A DNA stretch of 64,000 nucleotides from assembly GCF_964204865.1 (NCBI RefSeq), contig NC_135258.1, positions 14,384,001 through 14,448,000 on the forward strand, read 5' to 3'. Below, piece by piece: positions 53,501-64,000 of the stretch. A program made the translations under genes and the position numbers. A model generated the notes under the pieces. It had not been told where the DNA came from and made no database searches. It was given only the letters and a program-made list of their open reading frames with translations. This DNA comes from Styela clava. Taxonomy: Eukaryota. Position 1 is the first letter of the stretch. Every line of letters starts with the position of its first letter.

Positions 53501-56500
53501 ATAATTGGGTACTCCCGCAGTGTCGGTACCAGGTTAGGGTTAGGCTTAGGCCATAATCTTATTTCGATTTTTCTTATTTTAGTTCTATTACGAGTTCGGG
53601 GACTGTCTGTGTTAGCCAAGTAAATATACCCCCTGCTCATAGGTTTCAGTCCCTTTACACAACTTAATGTAAAATAGGCGAAAAAATTAGTTACCTCCAT
53701 CATATTGGTACACACACGCCTGGAGCGCCGATAATTGTAATGAAAAGGCATTCAATATGGAATTTATATTGGTCGTCCAAAATCACCGTAAAATACTTTA
53801 ACGCGACTGCAGAATTGTTATAATCGTATCTACCTTGAGAAAGTATATTTAGCAAACATCTATAATGTGCTTATGGTCCATTCTCATGATTATATCCTAA
53901 GCCATAATAATTATAACATGAGATCATTATGTGATCAATCAAAATACGCTGTCCCATATGTAGCATATTCTAATAACATATTTGAATGCAATCCAACTAT
54001 AGACATTCAATTCAATATAATAGCAAAAGAGATTGAGAACCTCAAATGCATTAATGAGCGGGTTGAGTGAACTAAATACGTATAATAGAAATATAAATTT
54101 TTTTCTCACACAATTAAATAGTGTTTATTGACCATGGGTATTGAACTAATTGGTCTGGAATATAAAGGGTGTTCATAAAGTTCCGTTAAAATTTCAATAT
54201 CGCTGTAAGTAAAGTCAGTTCTCAATATATCTCATTCAGGTTTGTTTTATTTTAATCAGTGTTCGTTTACGGTAAGTTTTTCTACTTTATTTTATATACA
54301 CCTTCGAGTGCCAACAAACTATAAATGTTATTTATAAACACCCTTCACAATTAAAAAAAGAAACTAAGATTTCATGAACAAACTATATTATATTCAAAAT
54401 ATTTCATGTTTGAGGACTATTTTTTTTATTGTAGTATGATAACCGCAATACAATTACACACCAGAATATAACTTATGGCCAAAGCTGAAAATTTTCGAAA
54501 TTTTTTTAGGACTTGTTTTTGTATTGCTAATTGAAAGGGCCGTCTATATCCGTATTATTATTTATTCTAGAGCTCTGTTTGGCAATTAGATTAAATTTGC
54601 AGAGGGATAACAGCATAAATCAAACTTTTTAAAGCTTTTTAAATCTGACATATATCATGCTTTCAGAGAAAAATAATTCTTTTCATATGATGAAACAGAA
54701 AGTTTAATCATCTGTGTTCTTAATCATATTATACTTATTTCAAAATTATTGATCAAGAATTAATTCGGACATCCTAATATACGTACACTTGTATGAAGAT
54801 TTTAATAGCTAATTGACAGTAACAATACATATACAGATGATTTTTGAAGTGCTAACTTCGTCGATATCGAGATAATAATACACAATTGAGGCATTATGAG
54901 CTAAAAATGGAAGTAGAAATACTTTGACTTGTGTATTATCATGATATATTTATGATTACATAACATCTGGACAGAACACTTGTTCAGGAAACAGTTATAA
55001 GGCAGAGCCATCATTAATAAATGCCGTAGTAAAAAATAGAAGATTACAATTTATTTGCTTTTTCTACTATATGTCATGCCGGTGTGAGAATTCTATTCAT
55101 CTTGTGTCACACACATTTACGTCACTTAATTAAGATAGAAATATTATATAGAACCTGTTTAATAGCATAGTATGATGCATGAAAGGTGACCCAAAGACAC
55201 AAGAACCCAGGTCACACGGTACATATTCTAGAGAGAACATAACTTTTGTGTAAAATGTTCTGGATCAGTGAAACTTTCAGGTACAATCATACACAAACAG
55301 AAGTTAAAGTGTTAAATAAATTTTCCTCATTCAAGAAATTCATGGGTTGTGTTTTTTAGGTAAGGTGATTTCAAATGTCTAATATGACTTTTTTTTATAA
55401 AATACTGTAAAATAACTATAACATTTACCCACCTTCTTCGTTTTACCGGAGATCCTTTCAAATCTGCTGTTGGGATCATCTGTTCTCCTGGTCTTATCCA
55501 CATGATTGGGCCATCATTACTAAGTGACCGGCATTCCATTGGTGTACAGGACATCTCACCCCAAGGGGTGGTCTTTCTTAAGAAAGGATCTTTTTCAAGG
55601 ATATCAAGAATATCAGGAAGGTATCCACCAGATTCCTCATGTACAACACCGACAAGGCTAATTTGCCTCATTGGACCATATCTAAATAAATGAGTATGAA
55701 TTTTGTTAGTATAAAAAAAGGTTTTATATTATAAAAATTTCAGGCGATTGACATATTGAATACAAAGATTTAGTAAATGTTTTATGTATCCATATGCTTA
55801 TCGCCAACATGGAATGATAATACAATCAGTCGTAGGTATAATCTTAGTGCTTAGTGGATTTCAAAATTCTATATTCATGAACTGTTGATAACCTGTAGTG
55901 ACCTGCTTCATCAGAAAATAGTATTTTGTTATTTCCCTCTTGTGAATTTATTTTTGCATGTATTTTTTATACCTATTCATGTTAATAAAAGCCCAAAGTA
56001 CAGTGTACATTACAGTGCTGAAATTACTTTCGAGGAAATATGAAAACAATAGGAAACAGGTTTTGTATCGATCTGAAAAAAATTCACTGAAATCATCTGC
56101 CTATCATCATCAAAATAAGCATACTTTCTCCTGAGTACAGAGTACTGACAATGTGACAGGATATAACTCTGACAGCTAGATCATGAAACTAAATATGAAA
56201 CGTACACACTGGTATAAACCTTGGGCCGAACGAAACAATGAGTACAGTAATATTGCTGAGTTTCGAATGAATAGCAATTTCTATTGTAAAATAAAACGCG
56301 AAAACATTTTCTGTTACATATAAGTATATTGAAATGGATATCCCTATTTTTTTTATAATTGATCCTGAATGCTATATCGAATCTTATTATAATTAATAGT
56401 TACCATATAATCAAAAAAATTAGTTTTAACAATACCTAATTAGGAAGCATAATACTTCTATTGAATCAAATCAATAATTTATTGGTAAAATTAAATTTCA

Positions 56501-59109
56501 AAATGGTCTAGTTTCGTCAAAAATGCCTCTCTTTCTCAAACTAATTAATAATTTCATTAAACTTTACTTCAGATATAAGTAATTAGTTATGAAGGCAACA
56601 AGGATATACAGGGTGTTCATAAAATCCGCCTACAATTACGGTTTTGTTATAAAGTCAGTTCTAAATATATTATCTTTTTAACAGGTTTATTTCTATTTTA
56701 ATCAGTGTTTATTTAAGTTTTTACTCCATTTAATACACCTACAGGGCCAACTACCGGTAAGTAAAATATGGTATCGATAAATTCCCTTTACAATTTAAAG
56801 ACTTCATGAACACCCTATGTATATTGAATCATAATTTTAGTAAGCAGTTGACAATGTACAACTTATATTTAGACCCTTGCAATTTGGTTATTGGACACGA
56901 GGCGGACCTATGGGTCATTTTGCAAAGATCTTGGTGTTGTATATGTTAGTATAGTGAAAAAAATCACTATTCTGCGAAAATAATGAACCACTCAATTTTA
57001 GTTTTCACAGTTCCCAAAGACGGCAGTCTCATATTTAGTCAAATTTTCTTTGAGCATTATGGGACCAAATATTTTATCCTAATTTATGGGGGGGAAAACT
57101 TTTTTAACTCGCCAGACTTGTCCGCCAATCTTTTCCGCAAAGTCACTGCTTCAAGACCTTACTGTACATGTACCGATGTGACTTGCTCTTTTGTTTACTA
57201 TTGGCATAGTTTCCTTATTTACACAATATATTTCTTACCTATACATGCCACTGGTTTTGGAGTATGTCTCGTGAACTTTTGATTTGAATTCCGATGCTGT
57301 CATGGTAAGGATGTCACGTTGTCCCAAGACTTCGACTTTCACGGTCATATCTCCATGCTCTTCAGCTAAGTATTCGAGAAAATCTGGCGCATCACTAAGT
57401 GAATCATGTACAATTCCCATGACAAAATCAGGTATATTTGGCTTGCTTTCCATGTAACTGAGCCTGCAGAAATCATCAGCGAATAAATCTAACTCTTCTT
57501 CTGTAAGATCTTTTAATTCATGCCTAAAAGCATGAAGAACGGGTGCTTCACCATTCGGGCAAGTTTGAACGTGTACAAATTTTCGAAACTTTGGATTACT
57601 AAAAGTAAAATATGATAAAATCTCTAAATCTTCTGGCAATGCCTGGAAATACGACACAGATGGCATCCAAGGTAGTTTCTCCTTTTCATCTGTTGTTTCA
57701 TCACTAGTCAATGGTGAGTCTTCTGCTGAGTCATGCACCTGGTTTTTCTTCTGTTTTTCATCATCTGAGTCGGCACTTTTTTGTTTCACGTACCTGGTTG
57801 TGTCATGAGATGATGAAGATTCAGAATCCGAGGAAGAAGACGTTGTGGATGAAGATGTTGATGAAGTAGAGCTATCAGAATCATCAGAAGATGATTGTGG
57901 ATCATCAGCCTGAGATTCTATCTCAATTTTTGCTTTTGTTGTTTGACTATCTTGACTTGAGGTAATCTTTACAGTGTGTTGTGGTGATTCGGAACGTTCT
58001 TGTTTGATAATATTACTGGTGATTTTTGATTTTGCGTTTATTTCATCAATTGCAGACTCTATTTTAGTTTCAAATTTTGCTTCGTTTTTTGTGCCGTTTT
58101 CTTGGAACGAAAGTTTTTTACGTTTTTTCTCCTTATGCTGTCCGATGATGGTGGGGCTACATTCTCTCTTTACGTTTCTAACCGGATGAGAAAGATTGTT
58201 GTTTTTATCGAAAGCATTTTTTCTATGTTCAACCTCTGATGTATGAACTTTATGATGATTTTCTGACGAACCATTTTTAAAACAGGAACTTTGTACGTTT
58301 ACATCTGATTGGGGTTCTATTTTAACAACAGGCGAATCTGATGATTTAAATTTTTCTGATTTTGTGAGAGTTGTTCTTCCTGGTACTTCTGTGGTGGCTG
58401 AAATACTGCTTGGATTTGATACAGCAGGCAGCAGTTGTTCAATACTTGTGATATTTCCACTTTGAATCGTTTCCTCTCGGCTCAAACCAAGTTTGTCATT
58501 TGAACTGAAGTTCATAATATTATCAAAGACATTATCACCTGGGTCACTATGTCTGCTGTCAGCTCTTTTTCTTGGCGTCATTCTCAAGACTGGTGAAGAA
58601 GACCTTTTATCTTTTTCAGTTGCTACTTTATGGGTATTCATTTTGATTCCTTCTTCGTTTCTTTTTTCATGTTTTATATTTTCTCCCTGTGAGTGTCCAT
58701 TAAAACTCTCTTTTTTCACTTTTGTTTTTTGTTTGTGTGCTTTTATTGTACTATCAAGTGAACTTTTTTTGATATTGCTGTTTTTTGTTTTATCGTTGAG
58801 TGGTCGAGAAGATTCCATTTTTGTTGTTGAAACATGCTTCATGTGCGGCTTCATCTGTTTCACAATTGTGGTGGTTCCACTAGAAGGTAAAGGTGGCTTC
58901 TTGCTGTCCATTGTTGATACATTAGAACTTGTAGGTCTGGCTTTCAAAGGACTTGGGTTGGGCTTTTTTGGTTTAAATTTTAGCAAGTCTATTGGATCAG
59001 AAAATAGCACCGGCAGCTCACATGATTGCAGTATTCGATTCTTTACCTTTGTTGCTGAATGAAAAGGTTTTTCACGTTTCACTGGAGAAGTCATCTCGTT
59101 TGAATGCAT
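50557..59109 (-). CDS. RSBN1: Round spermatid basic protein 1 family (RSBN1/RSBN1L, putative lysine demethylase KDM9; about 871 aa, 5 coding exons)
   Basis: Exons 59109-57239, 55681-55433, 53461-53282, 52460-52352, 50763-50557 are phase-consistent. Motifs: [110 protein letters not shown]. Confidence 0.92.
52028..52293. mobile_element. Degraded hAT-family MITE
   Basis: TAGGTTCCCAAAGT ... AGTTTGAGAAGACCTG ends with a GTTTA-like flank on each side. Confidence 0.5.
53506..53730 (-). mobile_element. Copy of the CCTAACCCTAACC-containing element
   Basis: Reverse complement of 35738-35958. Confidence 0.8.
56609..56817. mobile_element. Tc1/mariner-type MITE (second copy at about 54165-54375)
   Basis: TA|CAGGGTGTTCATAAA ... 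TTCATGAACACCCT termini. The internal AAAGTCAGTTCT...TTTAATCAGTGTT is shared with the 54.2 kb copy. Confidence 0.75.
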
Positions 59110-59776
59110 TTATAAATATAAGAAAAAAATAAAATATCAAAACCTGTAAAAAAAATGTTTGTTAAAAATAAGCACATTGGTAACTTATTATCATAAGATA
59201 ATTATTGCTAACAACTGTTGCTTTAAGTCCTAGCCTTTGCAGAAGGCAGACACTCAAACAAATAGGAATCCATCAAGTGTGACTAATCTGACATTTTACA
59301 CTATCTCTCATAAAAATTTCCGAATATTACATACTCAATGTTTTGGTGCTTCGATTTCTATAATCTTGGCAATAATATACAAGGTTTTGATTTATTTGAA
59401 GGTTTTAATAGCACCTACATTTACTGACTTTTTTCACTCATCTGCCTGATTCGGGTAACGCTGCTTGGAGACCTCATTGCCATGATAAATTCATATTGTA
59501 TTGACAAATAAAATTGATTGATTCAATAATCCTATTCTAATAGGGAATTATCGGAGCTGGTATAATATACTATAACGCTTTCATAGTTAGGATGAGATCA
59601 AACTACAATAAATTAGACCCCATTTGCAGAATTATAATATTATCTGATAAGTTTTTTTCATAGCTTAGACTCAGAATAGGGGGAGAATAAATCATTTATA
59701 TAAGGTAGCCCTAGACAAATTACAATTCCAAAATTCTACTAAGGTGAGCGAAATAAGTGTAAAAAATATTGGAATA

Positions 59777-60137
59777 CCGTATTTGCTCGTTTAATAGCCC
59801 GGGCGCTTATTTTTTTAAACATACTCACTAACCGGGCCCTTATTCAAGCAGCATTTTTAAAGTAAAATTACACACAAAAATACCGGTAGATAAGATCGAT
59901 CGTTACAATAATTAATACCGTATATTGTGATTTCCAGTTCTCAAGTATGATTTAAACGAGAATAATGAAAATTTTGACTTTTTCTACGCACCGCAGGTAC
60001 AAATCCACAAAAAAAAAACTTTTACACCGGGCGGGTATTCAAACACCGGCCCTTATTTATTTTTATGTCCTGTTCACATGGGCGGCTATTCAAACGGGCC
60101 CTTAATCAAGATTGGGCGTTAAAACGAGCATTTACGG
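59777..60137. mobile_element. Tigger/pogo-type MITE with CCGTA termini
   Basis: TA|CCGTATTTGCTCGTTTAATAGCCC ... GGGCGTTAAAACGAGCATTTACGG|TA, with internal CGGGC(C/G)CTTATT repeats. Confidence 0.85.
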
Positions 60138-61089
60138 TATGCTTAAAATTTTAAATCAATGCCTAACAAAAGTAGGATCTGACTTTACATCCGAGTTTTT
60201 ATCTCGTATATTGAATTTATTAGCAAAATTCCTTTTTATCAAATGTCATGCGTGGCATTATGACTCCATGTTATTCAACCAGGTATACTGTATATCCAAG
60301 TGTATACCAAGTCAGATCCCGGATAAACAACAAAATTCATTGTATACGGGTGTTTACAGCAATGGTCTGATTTGAATGTACACTACAGCCAGTTGTCTTT
60401 TTAAAACAGATGCAGTTCTCATTCGACACTGCAATTCACTAATTCGCAAGTACAGTGTTTGTTTTTCCATAAAGTTAGCGAGGTGAATTATATGAGCGAG
60501 TAGGAACCCATCCCATGCAAGAAAATATTTAGTGGCAGAGATATAAAAAGAAAAGGATAAGGCAAAGATATTAACAAATTTCTGAACACAAGCTATAGTC
60601 ATAAAATCATATCAATTTATACGTTTTTTTTTATTAAATCAGCATGCATAATATCTTGTGACCTTAGTAAGACTTCTGTAATGACTTAACCAAAAAACTT
60701 TTTTCTTCTATTTATTATTAAATAACCTTTGTTATTAATGGGTACCGTAGCCTATACAAAAAAACGAAGAAAATTGGAAAAGGTATAACCATAGTAAATA
60801 GTGGAAACACACTGCATTACTGCATTATGTCACGCCAGAATTGTACTTGAGCTAAAATAAGATGGACAATAAATAAATATTAGATAGTTGATATTACTGG
60901 TAAGTTATAATCATAGCAGCTGCGTTCGTGCACAAATTCAATGATGTAAGAAAACTACATAATAAACTAGAGGTAATGAGAAATTTGATAACTAAAAGAA
61001 GTATATTGAACAAAAAATATGTATCACAAATGCAGTACATATGGACAACTAATATCAGAATATGGTAGAGAAGTTATATTGAATATATT

Positions 61090-61770
61090 AGTACGGTACC
61101 AAAATTTTGCCCACAAGTTCATCACCGAACTATGCTATACCACTATGGTATAACACTAAAACTTATCTAGGTACCGGTACCGGTACTGGTACGCTATATT
61201 AAAACTTTGTGGTAAACTAACACTATCTTAGAACCAAACTGCTGGGCTGAGACAATACTGCAATACGATACAGCCATACCAGCATATCGGTACTGGTACT
61301 ACGGCACGGTACCGGTACCGTAATTGAAGCTTTCTACAGTTCTAGTAAAATTTGCCAAAATTCATTCAAAACACATATTTATAGTCTATACAAGTGTTGA
61401 CTGAAATATCAGTACCGGTATATAAGAATTAGTTCATTATACAGTCATAGAGGTTCATCTTAAAAAAAGTCGAAGGTACATACCCGTACCGGTAAGTTAT
61501 GTCAAAAGTTATATTTTTTTCAATCAAAATAAAATCCAAAAATATAGTTTAGTGCGGTAGGCTACCCGTTATGGTACTGGTATTACTAAAGCATATAGCT
61601 GTATAGTATAGTATTACTAAATGACAGTCTATACGAATCTCAATTATGAATAGTTCTATGATATCCATCCCCATAAGCCTTTCAGCCTGTAGACTACCGG
61701 TACCGGTACTGTTGTGGGTTCTAAAGTTAACAAATCTAAGTTCTGAAGTTACCGTACCGAACGGTGCCGT
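61090..61770. repeat. Cluster of TACCGGTA / TACCGTA / TACTGGTA short motifs
   Basis: Examples: GGTACCGGTACCGGTACTGGTAC (61170), CGGTACCGGTACCGTA (61307), GTACCGGTA (61412, 61486), TACCGGTACCGGTAC (61695). Confidence 0.8.
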
Positions 61771-61984
61771 ATCGGCACTGCAGTGAGTTAAGATAATAAG
61801 CTTCCTGGCTGTCAGTATAAGTATGGATGCTTCGTTTCTAAATAAATTTTTAACGCTTATATGACATACACCAATAAGCTATAACAATACTAAGGTACAA
61901 ATAATATCACTGGACTGATGAAATCGGTGGAAACCCAGCTCAGCAAGAGCCGCCACACTGGAATTGAAAAATTTATGATAAATT

Positions 61985-62090
61985 AAGCTTTACCACAAGA
62001 TGTCCACAGAGAAAAATCTAGTCGTTATGACGTCACGGGTTTCAGACGTATTTCTTTTATTTCTGCTTTTATCCGCGGGTTGGACACTCC
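61985..62090 (-). promoter_or_regulatory. Candidate RSBN1 promoter / first non-coding exon
   Basis: Minus-strand donor TTGTG|GTAAAG at about 61993, TGACGTCA at 62028-62035, and an acceptor TTTACAG at about 59144 just upstream of the ATG. Confidence 0.4.
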
Positions 62091-62249
62091 GTCTCTGTAC
62101 AAAAAAAAAATACAATACACAAGACTAAACACACAGAACGGAAATTCAGGAAGATTACCAAACTTTAAGTGAGGTTTGAAACATGAGAATCTCACATTGC
62201 GTTATAGCGTAAATATATACTACTACGTTATAGGTATTAGTATATATTT

Positions 62250-62677
62250 ATGGTTATTGGACACGAAGTGGACATAACGATCGTTTCAATATTATGTTGT
62301 TGTTGTTGTTGTTCTTTGACACGTTTTTAAAAAGTCGCTTTTCTCTTCGAATAGAATACTGAACCAATTGCTTTGAAATTTTCAGTGGTTAAAGATTAAT
62401 TTTTTCGCTAGAAGGCTATTACTTTTATTTATTTCAAAATTTTGCGTGAATTCTATGAAATTTGATATTTCTTCTAAAATTTTGCTGTATTATTTTTTAT
62501 CCGTGGGAACACGGATTTTAGTCAGTGTCATGACTGGCTGTACGTTTTGATTCTGCAAAATCCTTGCTACTGAAAATTCAGAACTTTTTTGAGGGTACCG
62601 GTAGCGTCAAAGGTGCCGGTAAGGACTAATTCGCTCTGGTCTAACGTGTCCATATATTTGTGCGTAGCTCTCTTGTA
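62250..62677 (-). mobile_element. Helentron/HINE-like element (inverted homolog of 40356-40637)
   Basis: TTGGACACG...ACGATCGTTTCAATATTATG(TTG)n...CCAATTGCTTTGAAATTTTCAGTGGTTAAAGATT...CGTGTCCATATATTTG..GCTCTCTTG. Confidence 0.65.
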
Positions 62678-63675
62678 GTATATACCGGTTCCGTACCGTA
62701 GGAGAAACACACGGCGGTATACAATACGATGAAAACGATCTATATTTGCGAATCCAGTTTTCCAAACCTTTCCCTTTCTGACACGAATAAAGACTTTGGA
62801 TATATCCCGCTTTTGAATGCCAGATTTTGATAATTACAGTACATGATAAACCCGTGTGTTGTAGGACGGCACTGTACTGGTATCTAATGACGGATTTGTT
62901 CGGGTCTCAGTGTAATTAGGAGAGAGAGATATTTATTATCACAAAAACAAAGTCAACACTTTTATAAACATAATATAATAAAGAAAATATTTCAGCAGTA
63001 ATTAGTGATAAAAGTGATTGAATATTGTTTTGTGCGGGTCAGTGTGCAGGACCCATACAAGTCATATAAGCTCCCAATTCCCGATCCTCGTGTATACGCT
63101 GTATATAAGCTCATCATGGCATAGTAAAGTACCATAGGTGAAAGCAAAATAGATGAAATATAAATATATAAAATGTAAATACGATAAAGAAATGAGTGAA
63201 TGAGTCGGCAAGTTGAAGTTATTATTAAAGCCATTAATGGCAATTTAGGATTTTGAGAAGTTGATTTTACATCGGTTGAAGCCGAACATATCCAATGGAA
63301 GAATTTAAAACAATCAAAGATTTCCAAAAAAATTATTTTTTATTGGACAAATTAGTTAGTCAACGTCCCAAACCTCTCGCGACTAGAAACCTGTTTATGA
63401 CGTCGGGTTTTCTGTTGTGCCGTGAATTTCAATACGGAATGGGTTTCTTAAAAAGTTTTCAAATTAAACTTACTATACAATATACAGTGTCTAGCGTACG
63501 GTAGTTAGCAGGATTTACATCGGTTGGAGTTATTTTTCCGCGGGACTCCATCCATTTCTGTTGCAAATATATTATTTAATAAAAATAGAATATGTTAAGA
63601 TGTTTTGTTTTGAATGTTTTCTGTCTGGCCTAAATTTTTAATTTCAAGCCGGCGAAAACGAATTATTATGTAGAC

Positions 63676-64000
63676 CAGGGCTTCCCAAACTTTTGAGCTC
63701 GCGGCACCTTTTTAAATATTAAAATTTTTCGCGGCCCTTGTTCACGTTAAATAATGCCAAACAGTTCGAATTATGCATTTTTGATGTTTTATTGGCACAG
63801 CTAATTCTCAACTTTAACATGTCTACTCAATAACAAAAACAAGCACATATTTATTCAGATTAACGTTTCTCAATTATTCAGTGTAATGGGTACGAATGCT
63901 TTTTGCTGCATAGCAAGACTCAATGTATGTTTATACAGGCCTAAATGATGAATTACGTTGTATGGCTACCGACGACATGGCCCTTATCTCGAATTGTTCA
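63676..64000. mobile_element. Left end of a hAT-family element running out of the window
   Basis: CAGGGCTTCCCAAACTTTT..CGCGGCAC, preceded by an nnnTAnnn-type site (ATGTAGAC). Similar unpaired left ends occur at 41812 and about 48478. Confidence 0.55.

Noticed and set aside
58493-59062. 189-aa plus-strand ORF rich in Phe/Leu
   Set aside because: Antisense shadow of the Lys-rich RSBN1 exon 1.

Overview
Eukaryotic (animal) genomic DNA, AT-rich, with GT-AG spliceosomal introns. The compact genes, chordate-type protein sequences, operon-like spacing and recurrent GTGACGTCATA motifs suggest an ascidian tunicate, but that is inference. Eight protein-coding genes can be reconstructed by hand with phase-consistent exons: a tetraspanin with a very long C-terminal tail (+); a tight co-oriented TYMS-PRIM1-MRPL48 cluster (+); a 17-exon beta-PIX/ARHGEF7 (-); CTIF and COMMD7 (+); and an RSBN1/RSBN1L-family gene (-). 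The window opens in the 3' end of a pogo/Tigger-type DNA transposon. Introns and intergenic DNA carry many hAT MITEs with 8-bp TSDs, Tc1/pogo MITEs, a piggyBac-like element, Helentron-like elements and two tRNA-derived SINE families. Best leads: (1) a putative operon or shared-leader-exon arrangement joining two intronless S-phase genes (TYMS, PRIM1) with MRPL48; (2) a dense TACCGTA/TACCGGTA tract that may be accumulated transposon excision footprints; (3) a duplicated splice acceptor in MRPL48 that creates a poison exon extension; (4) a triple-nested MITE; (5) altered C-termini of beta-PIX and the tetraspanin. No prokaryotic-type systems, CRISPR arrays, rRNA or tRNA genes were seen. Gene identities come from recalled family motifs, not database searches.
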